Of a stretch of 64,000 bases of DNA, positions 35,786-51,273 are shown one piece after another. The notes beneath the pieces were generated by a model. That model was not told the DNA's origin. It did no database searches and saw only the letters and a list, made by a program, of their open reading frames with translations. Position numbers and translations under genes: made by a program. This DNA comes from Dimorphilus gyrociliatus (lineage: Eukaryota > Animalia > Annelida). Every line of letters begins with the position of its first letter. The first letter of the stretch is position 1. The stretch lies in NCBI GenBank assembly GCA_904063045.1, contig CAJFCJ010000002.1, positions 4,497,645 to 4,561,644 on the forward strand, written 5' to 3'.

Positions 35786-37293
35786 ATGGCTACGAATATT
35801 GGAGTTTATTATGGAGGAATCGCGTTTTTCACATCTCTAGTTCATAATGTGTTTCTTCTATATCACGTACAAATGTTTGTATCAGTTTATAAGATTCAAA
35901 AGTATTCATTCTGGATAGCTGAAATTGTATTTTTATTTTGGAATTCAGTCAACGATCCTCTCTTTGGTTGGATAAGTGATAAAGGTTTATTGAATACTAG
36001 TAGTAGTATTGACATAGTTGATAGAAGATTGTCAGCACTTCAAAAAGCTGTTCCATTACTTGCTGGATCTTTTTTACTATTTTGGTTTGAATGGCCAATA
36101 TGGACTGGAGCACAGCTGATGTTTTGCTTATGCACATACGATTCTTTTTTAACGGTTGTTGATTTACAGCATAGTTCACTTTTGGCTGATTTAGAAGTTT
36201 CTTCCGAGAAGAGAACAAAATTAAATACATATTCTGCTATTGGATCGGCGGCTGGTTCCGTTTCTGTTTTCCTGTCACACATTTTCTGGTCAGATTTAAA
36301 ATCGTTCAGAATATTTTGTTTATTTATTGCTGTAATATCTCTATTGGGATCGTCGTGGTGTGTCACAGAATTTCGTCGAAATCGGTTAGTATGATGAACT
36401 CAAGATAATAAATCTTATATACTTAACTATTAGCGTACATTATATATTTATAATATTTCTTTTTAATTTTTAGAACAAAAAGAAAGTTATACATTGAAGA
36501 TAACGAAAAGAAAAATCCGTCTGCACTTTCATTCGCCAAACAATTGTTTAATCAAAGGAATTTTAATCTTTTTTCTGCCCTAAATCTATTACAAGTTTTT
36601 CATTGCCATTTTAATTCCAATTTCTTTCCTCTATTCCTTTACCATTTACTTGGCAATAATGTATCGGCGTCTACTGCCTCTTTTATTCTTGGATTTTCAT
36701 TTGTTGCTCCCCATGTTAATAATTTATATTTTTTAAATGCCTGCCGAAAATACGGAACTTATTCCGTTATCAGAAATTTACTATGGGTTAAAGTTTTGTT
36801 TGCAATACTTATGTTTTTCTTTGTTGGACCAAATGGATCTTATGTAATCATTGGAATATTTATAGCTACAAATCGGATGTTTACAGAAGGAACTTGCAAA
36901 TTACTGGGTCTTATCATATCCGATTTAGTTGATGAAGATACTGTTATTCAGAACCGCAAACAGCCTGTCTCTGCTCTAGTCTATGGTACTGCAGCTTTAC
37001 TCGCTAAACCAGGACAAACTTTGGCCCCTTTGATAGGTCTTTCTTTATTAGGATTTCTTACAGGAAATGACATTTTCTCTCAAGTTGATAATCATTCCTT
37101 GAAATTAGACGCCACTTTATTACCACAAGCTTTACACGATGCTTTCAAAGATGCTGCATTTAAGCTACTTGTTCTAGTACCAATATTGTGTGGTGGTATT
37201 CAACTACTTGTTTGGAAAAATTTCAACTTACACACATCAAGATTAAAATGGGTTAAATCTTTAAGACATAATTCTACCTATACTGTTGTATAA
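35786..37293 (+). CDS. MFSD13A: MFS-type transporter MFSD13A/TMEM180 (2 exons)
   Basis: HNVFLLYHVQMFVSVYKI...WNSVNDPLFGWISD, CHFNSNFFPLF, RMFTEGTCKLL..ISDLVDED; intron 36385-36473 is in frame. Confidence 0.9.
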
Positions 37294-37497
37294 TTTAAAA
37301 TGTTCCCTTGAAATAAGACTGTTAATGTATATAAGAATTTAATTTAAATGGCAAATATATAATTTGGAGGATATACTTGAATACATTACTTAAAGGAAAG
37401 ACTGTTTAATTACTCGAAATCTTTATGGCCACATGTGACAACATAGTATTCAAAGCAAGAAATACAGATGACAATTAAAACTAGAACACTCCAGTAG

Positions 37498-40400
37498 TTA
37501 TAGGTTATCATGAATCATTCTTGAAAATATTCCATCCATTTTGCTCTTCAATTCACTAGGAGGACCTGCTTCAACTATATTACCATTTTGTAGTACAACT
37601 ATTGTGTCATAGTTCAATATTGATGATACTCGATGAGCTATTGTTAATATAGTTTTATCTTTGAAATGCTGATTGACTACTCGTTGAACAATTTTATCTG
37701 TTGTCATATCGACAGACGCTGTAGCTTCGTCCATAATTAATATTTTAGAATTTCTTAGTAAAGCCCTAGCCAGACAAAACAACTGCCTTTGTCCGGCACT
37801 AAAGTTTTCACCACCCTCGGCAACCGGTGAATCCAAAAGCCCCGCTTTATTTTTTATAATTGGTACAAGCTGCGCTATATCTAAAGCTTTCCAGATAGTT
37901 TCATCGGAATAGAGTTCGACTGGATCAACATTAAATCTTACGGTTCCAGCAAACAATACGGGATCTTGAGGAATAATTGACAGATGAGAGCGTAGATTTC
38001 GAAGAGGAATATCACTTATATCTTTTTTGTCAATTTTAATGTTTCCACCGCTAATATCAATTAACCTAAATAGTCCTAACATTAGAGATGATTTTCCACT
38101 GCCAGTTCTACCACAAATTCCAACTTTTTCACCACCTTTGATTGACAGTGATAAGTTATTTATTACATTATCCAAATTTTCGTCATAGCGTAAAGATAGA
38201 TTTTCAATATTTACAACTCCATCAGAAGGCCAATCTTTGTCTATTGGACATGTCATATAATGAAATTTTAAAATTAATAAGCTTTTATATAAATATAAGA
38301 CTACTTACCAACGTCTTCATTTGCATTGAAAGATTCATTTTTAATGTTTATATAATGGCTTATTCTTTCAACTGCATTAAAGTTCATCTCCGTTTCGGAA
38401 ACAGATTTCATCATCCAGTTTAAGCTAAATGAAATCATTAACGAATACGCAATACTAAGACCAACGACGCCTTCAGATGCAACACCTGAGAGACCAGACG
38501 ATAAGACGCAGACAATGGAAGCGAAGACGGTAAGAGATCCAACAAAATCTAATCTAATTCCCATCCAAAGAATAGTTGCTTGTAAATTGAAAAAAGCATT
38601 GTTATTTTTATCAACAACTTCATTATTTTTCTTAGAAAAAGCAGATTGTCTACTATGGGCTCTTATTGTTGATAAACCTCCTAAAGTTTCTCCGAAATGA
38701 GACAAGACTGGGGATTTGCTAACGCTATTTAACCTCTGTAAATCTCTGCAGGAGGGAATGTAAAATCTTTGAACTAGTAGATAAATAGCAACAAGGGGTA
38801 TTGCAGCAACTATAAAATAGTAGCTGGAAATTGCATTGACTATAACACCGCCCAAGGAAAAGAATGAACAGTAAAAAAGTTCGTCTAATACTTGGGCCAA
38901 TCGTTCGTCCAAGATCATAACATCTCCCGTAAATCTAAAAAGTAAGCATTACTGAATTATTAACTATATTCTCACATTTTTCTATGTTCTTACCTATTAA
39001 CTATTCTGCCTATAGGTGTTATATCGAAGAATCGCATGGGAGCGTCAATTAGTCTATGTAGCATGGTCGAATGAAGGCGTTTGGACCCTCTTATACAAGT
39101 ATATTCTGTCAGTAAACTGCTAACAACCGAAAAAATAACAAAGCAGCAGCAGATTAGAACATAAATAAGCATCATATGAGATTGGTGTGATATTATTTCA
39201 GCTTCTGTTGTATTTCGTTGCCGTAATTCTGTAGACGATTGTGACCAGTGGGCCAACCAAAAATCAGAGCCGACTCTTAAGGACTGTCTTATAAAATAGG
39301 CCAAAAGTGTAGAAACAGAAAATCGGATGCTAGCCGCCAAAATGAATTTTTTATAAACTCTCCATGATACTGATCCTGTTTCTATTTCTTCACTGTCAAT
39401 CAATTTTCCTGTTTCTTCTCCTTTATCAGATTCATTTTGTTTCGTTTGAGGTACTACGCTTGGAATATCTTCAAAATTATCTAGAGATATTCTAGATAAA
39501 GGCAGTGAGACAATACTAGAAGATCTTGTAAGATTGCTTGAGAATAAGTTTATTCCCCTATTTAAATCAATTTCGGAGGAATTTAAAGATTTCACTTTTT
39601 TCGGATCCATATACTTAATCATTTCCGTTTCTTCCCAAGATTTAACTAAATGTGGATAGTTATCACAAATATCTCCGTAAGTTCCTTGGGCAACTATTTT
39701 ACCTCCTTCCATAGCTATTATATTATCAGCTTTTGGTAAATATTGAACCTGGCCAAATTGAAATTATATACAATTATTACAAAAATCACTTTTTTTGTTT
39801 CTAAACTAAAATACCTGATGTGTAACTAAAACTACAGTCCGCTTTAGTTCATTTATCAAATAACTACAAATAGCTTCTTCAAATATATGACGGCCAACGT
39901 GAACGTCTAATGCTGACATCGGATCATCCAATAATACGATATCAGTGTCAGCATAAAGGGTTCTGGCGATACTGATTCTTTGCTTCTGACCCCCGCTAAG
40001 GTTTATTCCTCTCTCTCCTATTTCAGTATTATCACCTCCAGGTAGAGCCGCTATATCTTGTTTTAAAGCTGCAGCTGCTATGACCTATTTTAGAAATATA
40101 AGATTTATTTTCTTTTCATACGAATATTAAAAAACGAACTCTTTCATATTTTTCTTCAATCAAAGATGAACCGAATAAAATATTATCCTTTAAGGTTGCA
40201 TTTAACAGCCAAGCCCTCTGTGATCCAAAGGCTAATTTAGAATCACAGCACCTTTTAACAGATCCTGAACAAATATTCATTTCACCTAATAGGGCTGCTA
40301 AAAGAGAGGATTTCCCGCTTCCTACAGGACCGGCAATAACTGTTAGACTTCCCTTTTTGATAGTTAAATTAATACTCGAAAGAATTATTTCTTGATCTTC

Positions 40401-42818
40401 GCTTTTATCAGTGGAATGTTTCCAACTAAAATTACCGTTAGATATTTCTAAAAGTGTATTTAATTCTCTGTCAGCTTTTGTCAGTGGAATGAATACACTC
40501 TCAACTTCGTTCATTTCCAAAAACGTATTCATTCTTCGACAGCTTACTCTGGCATGACTAAGAGCATTTACGGCAAGAGATACAACCAATAAGGGTATTA
40601 GGAGTATATTGAAGAGGGCAACTCCAGAAAAAACTTTGTTAGCAGTCAGTGTTTTTCCTTCAATCCAACGATAGATAAGAAACGTCGTCATAATAGCTAT
40701 GATGGGTATGCATTCAGTCACGACAATCGAAAGAGCCCTTAAGCAAGCAGCCTTTAGTATCATTTTCAATTCCTGTTGAAAAGTTTGAAATGATTAATAG
40801 TAGAGAAAGAGTGACGTTCTTCAAGCAATTAGATGTTAGCTTGAATAGTGTATGATTAGATAAAATCTCAAATAAGAAACACGAGGAAAGTAAACTTAGG
40901 AATAGAAAAACGATATAAAAAATAGCTTATCTATTATTTTTATCGTATAAGATACCTTTTAGACAGTTTATAAATGTAAAGATATCAACCTAATAGTGCT
41001 TCTTTCAATAGATTAACTGATACAAGCGTTAAAAAGATTTTAATTAAGAAAAATTAATTAATATTACCAAGTTGCGTGTCTTTTCCACTCTGTCTCGAAA
41101 TACTAATTCCCAAGCATACAGTTTTAATAACTTAATACTTTGTAATAATTCATTACATTGTTTTATTCGTTTGTCAGTAAACTCCATTGCTCTCTTTTGA
41201 AATCTAGATAAGAGTGAAGCTAAAGCAACTTGTAAAGGTAGAATAAGAATCAGAGCTATTGCTCCAATAATTGCTGATACACCTAATTGGCAATATAATA
41301 GAAATATTGCAGTAATAACTTGAAAAGGGATGGTCCACAAAAAGTTTCCCATATAAAACAGCATATATATATAATAGGTATCGAGTGTCATGTGATTTAA
41401 TACCCTTCCTGTAAACATTTCATCATTCATAGAGAATAGATTTAAACGTAAACTCTTCTTATAAATTAATGCTTGGAGAGCTGCTTTACACCTTATTCCT
41501 TCTCTAATTGAAAAGAAGAAGCTATTTTGCCAAAAAACATTTTGTAATAATTGAAGTCCAAATCCACAAACAGCCAGGAAAAAACCGTTTCTTAGTAACT
41601 GTTTCCACGTTGGATATACAGGTTCTGTTAATGGTTTGTAATCTTTTACAAAATCTATAACGTTAGCATAGAAATCAGCGAATTTCCTGTCATAAGCTAT
41701 AGGAATAGAATCCGAATAGTTTCCCAAGAACTCTTTATTAGATGTATAAACACTAACGTGCTGAACTACACGGTCCAAAATGAAGGGATTAAAGAATAAT
41801 AATAAATCTGAAATAATCTTTATCGTTCCACTGTGCACGTGAGTTTTAGAATAAAATATAACTCTTTGATTTGTTAGAATATTAAACGAGTTAAGTTATT
41901 TTATTATTAATCATAATTTTCAATTTATAATTAAAATTCATGGGATATTAATTAATATTTCTTAAAAATCACGTGCCCGAAAAGCATCCATTTCCAATGA
42001 CATTTAAATATAGCTTTCCACAAACTAAACTTTCCATTGTCATTGGTAACTTGTTTTTTTACTTCATTTTCCATTATTTTTGAATTATACTCTGATTTTT
42101 CCAATTCATTGAGTTCTCCTAAATCATCAATATCTAGATCTTTTTTATAACCAATAATCAATAGACGTGATAAACAGTTTAGTGTAATTTTTGAGAGAAA
42201 ATTTGCGTAATAATAAGAAAATCCTTTGACTTTTTTGTATAAAGTTTTTCTCCTCTTGTAAGAATTACAAATATATTTGTCGTAAACCAATAATGCACCT
42301 TCCACAATGGCCAGTTGACATCTTAGTAAAATAATAATAACTGTTAATGTATATCGAACATTTTGAAAGTTTAAATTTAATTGTATTAAGGTAATGAGTC
42401 TTAGTAAACTTAGTATTATTGTTGTTGGCCAATAAATGATCAAGACTATCAGAAGCTTTCTTGATCTTGAACACTCAACTCTGTCATAATAAACTAATGA
42501 TAAGATGGTACTAATTAATGAGAGACTGGGTGTAAGAAATAGATGAGGCTGGGTTCCAGTAAATTCTACATCTGAAATAATTCCTTCGGTCAATTCCAAA
42601 GAGTTGAAATAAATTAGAAGGAGAGTAACTGAATATCTCATTGAGTGGTATTTTGATCTCCATACTTCTTTAAATTCTTTCTTTTTATTCCTAAATATAA
42701 TGAAAATTATGCCAAATAAGAATATAAGGGAAAATAATAAATTAGCGGCGAAACAATTGAAATCAGCGTTGCAGAGATGAATAGTAATTTCCGATTCGCT
42801 ATTCCTGCAGAAAACCAT
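37498..42818 (-). CDS. Sulfonylurea-receptor-like ABCC transporter (TMD0-TMD1-NBD1-TMD2-NBD2), ABCC8/ABCC9-like
   Basis: MVFC..N-terminus with TMD0; [10 protein letters not shown]; NBD1 GPVGSGKSS / LSGGQKQR / LLDDP; NBD2 GRTGSGKSS / [14 protein letters not shown] / IMDEATAS. Confidence 0.88.
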
Positions 42819-43459
42819 TTCAGCTATTGAAATTCAAAAAGTAAACCTTTCAAATAAACGTTATTTTAGTTAATTATCAGATATTCGTCCACACAAGTCA
42901 GCAATATGTTCAACATTTTGCAAACGATATATCAGACGATTTAGATAAACTAGCAGACGATAGAAAGTATATAACAGGTCATGAGCTCACATAGCTTAGT
43001 TTAGGTAATATAATGAAACTGCAATAGCAACCACACGTTTTTACTGTTTTTACCCTTTTTTAAATATTTGAACAATATCTACATTGCAATCTCTTATCTC
43101 TTTTAATATCGTTGATTTATTGAAATTGCAATTTAAATTTAGTTTTATTTTTAACACGATTTTATGAATTAAAAAATATATATGCGCATAATTAACATAA
43201 TTCTTTGACACCTTTTATTTATTATTGAAATTTTACTCCATTTCTCGAAAAATAGAGTAGGATATTTACTTTATAGTCAATATGAATATAAATATAAGAG
43301 ACTTAATCTTGGAGTGGTGAAAATGAGGGGGAAAAGTCGTGTGTTTCACAGAAATAGGAAAACTAGAGAATGAAGCTTTCCAAGTATATTTTTACTATGA
43401 TAGATATTTATCAATTTCTCTCTCTCTCACTCATTTTCTTTCTCTCTTTCTGTATATAC

Positions 43460-43480
43460 ATATATATATATATATATATA
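43460..43480. repeat. (AT)n microsatellite
   Basis: Short AT run in intergenic DNA. Confidence 0.75.
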
Positions 43481-44784
43481 AAACATAGTGAGGATGTAAT
43501 ATGAAAGCTTTTCAATTAAAATAAAACTGATTTCCAAAGAAACCAAACTTAAAACTTTTCGTTTTTTCGTTTTTGTCAAAAATCTGACAAGTGATAAAAT
43601 ATCACATCTAATTTGCAGATATGCTTCCTACAAACATGTTAAAAATATAATCCATTAGTTAAATCTTATTTGAGGATAGGATATTTACCTAATGAAAGCA
43701 AAAGAAATATATATTTAATAGTATTCTACTATATTTATTGACATTAGCTAAAACTTTGTGTTAAATATCTATTATCTCTCTTTGTTTAACAGCTAATATT
43801 TTATACTTAGAAAGCAGTTCGTTTAGCAGGATTTCAATACTTGTTAGCAATATACTGAAGAAAGAATGACGCCTTTCTTTAAGAAAATTATAGTAGTGAT
43901 AATGAATATAAGAACTATTGGAGAAGGTGGGATTTCAGCCTTCGTACTACTATAGTACACTATAATTCCATATTCATGCATATATATATACTGTATATTA
44001 GTACAATTGCTACAACATAATTACAACTTTGGCCATATTTTTCAAACTACCATATTTTAATCATGCGGGAACTTTAAAAGATTGCACTTTTAGTCTATTG
44101 TTTTCTCATTGATTCAGTATTTTCTTTACTTCTTTTTACTTGTGATATAAAAGAAGTAGAGAGAATATATGTTTAAATTGTAATGAGGTATTTGAGTAAT
44201 AAATAAGCCACACCCTCACCTAAATGACGAAGTTATTAACAAGGAGTACAATCTTATTTCAAGTTTGTACTAATAAGAATAAAAAATCACTGGAGTACTA
44301 GACACTCGTGTGTTTATTAAATTATATTAGGGATTTATCTTCAATCGTTAATAAGATTGGTCGTGTGTACGTGTATGCTTATTACAGTTAAATACTTGTA
44401 TCGATAGTTTAAGAGAAAAAATGAGTTCAGTAGAAAACAACAGATAAAATCAAATTAGGCGTTTTCTTTCCTGAATAATTACGAGATAATTAAGAAGGAG
44501 TTTAGTGTTTTATTTACAAACACATAATATTTAACTAATGAATAAAATTATAAAAATCTAATACAAATACTTACAAACATCTTGCTGCATACTCTATTAA
44601 TTATTTAGTTATATAAATACCCAATTAAATTTATGAGCACATCAATTTTCTGACATACGTGTTAATAGACTTGAGACTTTTTACATTCTGACGTGACGTC
44701 ATATGTTTTAAATCGTAAGTCGAATAAAAGCACAAGTTCTTACTTATAGTTTAGAATAGTTTACAGTAGTACAAGCGACAAATA

Positions 44785-45900
44785 ATGGACTACAACAATT
44801 CAACTGTAGCTATCACGGATTGGAAACATTGTGAAATATTTGCTTTTATTGTTGGTGGTTTGCTTCTAACTATAATGAATAGCATTGGGATAGTTTTTAA
44901 CCTAATTTCTATAATAACCTTTTCTTTAGATAAGGCAAAGAACACTACCACTTTTTTGTTAATAGGTTTAGAATTGGCAGATACATTATTTCTAATTAGC
45001 GCAAGTATTATGATCAGTTTTATTTATTTATTTCGATATACTACTAAGCTAGCGCAAGAAATTATTTCACCCCTGGATACTTACAATTATGTGTTTTTAA
45101 CGAGGAGTATTTTCTCACCAATAATTACTGGATCATTGATGGCTAGTAGTTGGCATACGATGCTTATTACACTGGAAAGATATATTGCTGTTTGTGCCCC
45201 GCATAGTTCATGGAAACTTGCTAAAAGAAGTACTGTTATTACGCAAATTTTACTCTTTGTCATATCTATTGGTATAAATATACCACGAGCGTGGGAATAC
45301 GAACCAACGTTTAAAGCGTCTACGGGACAATGGGTTCAAGCTCCTTCTAATTTGAAAAGAAGTTCGACTTACGGTACATATGTAACAGTTCAATATTGGG
45401 TTATTCAACTGGCTATTCCTATTGCAACCATTTCTTATATGACTGTTATGATCTTGAAGGTTAGATTATTTGTCCTTTTTTTTCAAACTGCACTACACAA
45501 ATGACTTTTATTTATCTAGAAATTAAAATTAACAACTCAGAGAAAACGAACCGGACTGACTAAATCACTTATGACAGTTAATATAATATATATATTTGTT
45601 CAAGTAATCAATGGTATAAGAAGAATTTTGGTTGTTATCTTATCCAAGGAAGAAGTAACACTTTGTGAAAAGCCATATTCGTACTTTTATGGAATTACAG
45701 TATGCTGCATATCATTTAATGCAGCAGCTAATTTCTTTATATTTGTGTTGTATAATAGACATTTCCGAAGACTCGTCAAGAATACTTGGTTGAAGCGAAG
45801 AAATAATATTTATCCAGATAGTCTTGACAAAGATCATAGAAACAACCAAAAAACAACAGAATATTCAATGACCGTTGGTGAAACCGGTTACAGATCGTAA
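44785..45900 (+). CDS. Class A GPCR, FMRFamide/peptide-receptor-like, divergent (2 exons)
   Basis: Seven hydrophobic segments; GLELADTLFL (TM2), ITLERYIAVCAP (TM3), NIPRAWEY (TM4), FNAAANFFIF (TM7); intron 45460-45519 is in frame. Confidence 0.85.
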
Positions 45901-46494
45901 AATTCATTGATACAGACACTCCTATTCCTTCTCTTTCTCTCTTACTTTTCAATCGGTTTAAAATCTCAATCTTAACATTATTTCATAAAGAAACATGTTA
46001 TATTCATTTTCTTCTTGAATTTGTTAGTCTATAAGAACGTTTACTCTAAATAAACTATTCAATCTTTATCAGTGATTAATAAACAAATTTTGCTAATTTT
46101 ACTTTATTAAACTATTCCCATAAATCTTTACTGCCAATGATGTTTTTTCATTTATAATTAACTTATCAAAGAAAAGCTTAAAATAATTAATTTAATATAT
46201 TCCTTGAAATTGAAATTGTAAGCATCTCTTATCGTATTTAATTATATTTTTAGACGTTTGAAAACGAATTCCAGTATTACATTTTCAGTACTTTGCTTAT
46301 AGAGCTCTAAGTTTTACCTTATTCTTTTATTAATTCTTACCCCAAGTGCAAAGGCTCTTTGTAGCTAACAAGATAGCTTTATCGAGAAATTCTTATCTTC
46401 TTCTCTAATAATGTAAACAAAATCTATGTGTAATATTAAATTTTTACTCGACAAAACAATAATACAATATATTTATCAGTTTCCAGAAGACGAT

Positions 46495-47864
46495 TTAAGA
46501 ATTTCGTGAGGTAAGATATCGTCTCATCTGTTTTAAAACGCTTAGCGTGTCGGGAAGGATAAAACTATACAGAATCCCATCCAGTGTTAGACTGACATAG
46601 CCAAAACACATAGTGGTTATACGTAATTCAACGTTATTTTCTACAAGAGAAGAGCGATTACTTATTAATACATTTATGATTATCCAAGGACACCAGATGG
46701 CAATGTATGATAGAATGATAATACTTGTCACTACAAGTAACTTTTTTTGACGTGAAGCCTTCGGCCGACTCTTGACTTGAGAGTGAGCTTTATTGGGAAA
46801 ATTTAAATAAAGGTAGAAAGTTATATTTGTAGATTTTTTCATATTTGGTTAATTAACTAAAATATTAAAAATGATCTTTTTAAAATTGTACGCACTCGTT
46901 GGTTCGGTTTCTGAAGGTATAGAGGACCCTTTTTCTAATGAATGATTGGCAACTTTGTTTAAAAGTTTCTTATATATTAGTCCGTAACATCCAGATATAA
47001 CTATAATAGAAACTACTAGACAACCAAATAATCCATAAATTTGCACCCAAACTGATGCATCAACCCTAAGTTTCGAAAGTTTTAAAGACGGATGTATAGA
47101 TGATAGTAGTAATTGTTTACAAATATATATCTACCTCTTAGACCATAGATGACATCCGTGCTGATGAACCGGTCCAGACCCTGACTTTACACCTAACACA
47201 GGTATAACGGTAATAACTAAACTTATTCCAACACCAATTATGACCAGAAAAGTAATTGTCATTGCATTCAATATCCTTTTATGAGGATTGTAAACCAAAT
47301 CTAATCTATCCCCAGCTAGCAAAGCTGGAAAGATCAAGCCATTTTGAACAACTGTAATGGAAAATATATAAATTATAATGAAACTTTTTATGTGTTATAG
47401 CCAGTCTAATAATTTTTACCAACTTATATAGGTTAATTGTTCCTGAACGTAACAAAAATTTTCTGTCACATAATCCAAATTTGCTATTCCCACATAGATC
47501 ATAGCCACTACAAGTAACATTAAATACGTATTGAAACATGAAGCTGACAATGAACAAATAGAGAATTTAGCTATATTTTGAGATGAGATAAGATACAATT
47601 TTAACATTTACCTAAAATTATGATATTTCCTAATTGACTAAGTTTGTTTTTTATACCAAATATATTAATTGTTGAGAAAAAAGAACCAAATAAGAAAACC
47701 AATATTAAAACAATATAACAAAGAACTATGTTCCAAGTAGAAATTCGGCTAAAGGGAAGAGGATTCTTTATCTGTTATAAGTAAATATTAAATTTACATT
47801 ACTTTATTTGGCCATCCTCCTCTTCTTCATGATGATGATCTTCTTCAGTAGTTAACCAACCCAT
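46495..47864 (-). CDS. Orphan class A GPCR (6 exons)
   Basis: Hand-spliced from ATG 47864 (introns of 54 and 41 nt first): TM1 NIVLCYIVLILVFLFG, TM3 ending LLAGDRL, TM5 CYGLIYKKL, TM6 YIAIWCPW, TM7 LDGILY. Confidence 0.78.
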
Positions 47865-49217
47865 CGTTGTGGCGTTCTTTGCAAGATATATCTATTATAA
47901 AGAAAAAAGTATTGACATTATAATGAGCTTTGCGAGAAAAGGTAGCAGGTAGCTCTTAGGAGAATGAAAAGTATAAATAATGTAATCTCATTATCTTTCT
48001 ACATTACGCATAAATTATGAGAGAATAACATTTCATATATTAACTCTAATAATAAAACTCTCATCCTTTTTTTCCCACTTGAATATTAGAAGTTGATTGT
48101 TTTCCGAATATATGATATAAAATATTATTCTGTTAACCACGACAATACCTTTGCAGATGAACTCTTTTTTAAATATAAAGAAAACGATTTCTTATTTTCA
48201 TCTTTTAAAAAAACTTTTTCATACTCTTTTCTCATTTCAAACTAAAATTGAATGCTAAGGAACTATACTAGAAAGGAGAATGAGTCTTTCCAGGGAAAGT
48301 CATCAGCTTTGAGACAGAGAGAGAGAGAGCTAATATACTTCTAAAGTTAAGTGTTGCATGCCTAGCGTTCTTGGCAAACTTAATTCCCTGTTTAGGTGAA
48401 AATTTTCTCCTAGTATTTTCATAAAAAAGTCGAATAATAAAAAACTTATATTCATATTTACCATCGATAAACGATACTCTAGAATACGTAACAGAAATTA
48501 AAATGTCTCTCTTCCTTGCGATGCTAAAACTATTCTCTTTTAGATAAAAATTTTCATTTATATCATTATTAATGTTTTGATCTTAATTATTTAACAGCTT
48601 GATAGAATAATATCAAAGGTCCTAATAGTCTTTGAGCGTATATCATCCTATACAATTTTTAAAGGATATAGCTCTAAGGCATTTTTTTTTCAAAAATCCT
48701 ATTTCCTTGTGAGGTCTTTTTACATTCAAACTTTCAGTTGATTTTTTTTCTATTATTAAATCTAAATTTGGAATTTTAAAGAATTAATATAAATTTCTAT
48801 CAGAGTCTAAAATAGTTTTAATTATATTAAATAACCTCAGTTATTGAGCTCGTTATTTCAGCAGTTCTAAAAGATACTAAAATCACTCTCTCTTAAAGAA
48901 AAATAATGAAGGATAGAACAGTTTTCTAATGCATTTTTATTCATCTTCTCTCAATTATAAGCAAGTGTATTTTTTAAATAAAAAACTTAACAGAAAAACC
49001 GGAAATTATACCTCTTTTATTCGGTAGTAACTTTTTCATCATAAGATCAGCTGTCTATTAATAGATATAATTTTACAATAGAAAAACAAAAATGGCCTAT
49101 TTATGTTATATTTAACTAACATTCTTTTTTACTCCTTTATTCTCTTTTTGTTTGTTTGTTCATTTTAGATAGTCAAATAGTGTATTTCAATTTAACATGT
49201 AGTGCAGACGGTTCTAC

Positions 49218-49220
<3 letters not shown>

Positions 49221-49248
<28 letters not shown>
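49221..49248. repeat. (AT)14 microsatellite
   Basis: Uninterrupted AT run. Confidence 0.9.
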
Positions 49249-49252
<4 letters not shown>

Positions 49253-49800
49253 AGGGAGTATACATACTCTTGAAGATGGGGAAGCACCAACACTTTTCCA
49301 TAATTAACAAAAGAATCTGTAACTAATCATCAACAGATTACAAGTGTACTTAACAAGCTTTAATAGGTTTATACTGAAAAAGAGTAATACAAAAGATAAA
49401 CATATGCTGCGTATATTGCAGAATTGCTTGGAAATTGACAGTAGATATAAACAAGAAAGATTCATTTTTTTTGTTATTTTTTTTGGTTTTTTAAGATTGA
49501 GAATTCTTAAAATAATATCTGTTTATTTGACCTTACAACAATTATCATTATACTGAAAAAATATTATATATTATGAATTTATATATGTACGTATCGTATA
49601 AGTTAGGTACCATTACAAGAAAGATATTTAAATTTTTAAGCACAGATACATTCCATTCAAAACACACAAGTGACAATTTAACAAATTACACGCACTCAGG
49701 AATATATTTAAACTGCTTTGAACTCGACAATGGTAGTTTGAAACAGATAACTATTTTAAAACTTTCTCCTTTAATCCTATGTATTCATATCCTTCTCATC

Positions 49801-50954
<1,154 letters not shown>

Positions 50955-51247
50955 GTTTCTCTGATATTAATCGTCGATTTTATAAATAACAGTTAGTTGG
51001 TCGATGACACACGTTGTTAAAGGGAAAAGTATTCAAAACTGACAGCAATTAGAACTGAAAATCGAAATTTGCCACGTCGATTCAGCCAGCTTTTTCAAGC
51101 AGATATGGCGACAGGAAACGGAAGTCGGGAAATACTTAAAATAGTATAAATTATATCCAAAATTGTCCAATAATTTTTTTTAATAATCTCATAAATAATT
51201 ATATTTTTTTTTGTAATAAAAAAGATTAAAAAAATATTCTTTAAATG

Positions 51248-51273
51248 GTCATGTGACGTCATTGTCACATGAT
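51248..51273. promoter_or_regulatory. Inverted pair of M-box/CLEAR-like motifs with an embedded CRE in the ARF/ARL8 bidirectional promoter
   Basis: GTCATGTGAC (51248-51257) and GTCACATGAT (51264-51273) form a 9-bp inverted repeat; TGACGTCA lies at 51254-51261. Confidence 0.6.

Noticed and set aside
46560-46640. Possibility that the minus-strand GPCR is an opsin
   Set aside because: The retinal-binding Lys position (7.43) is Tyr.
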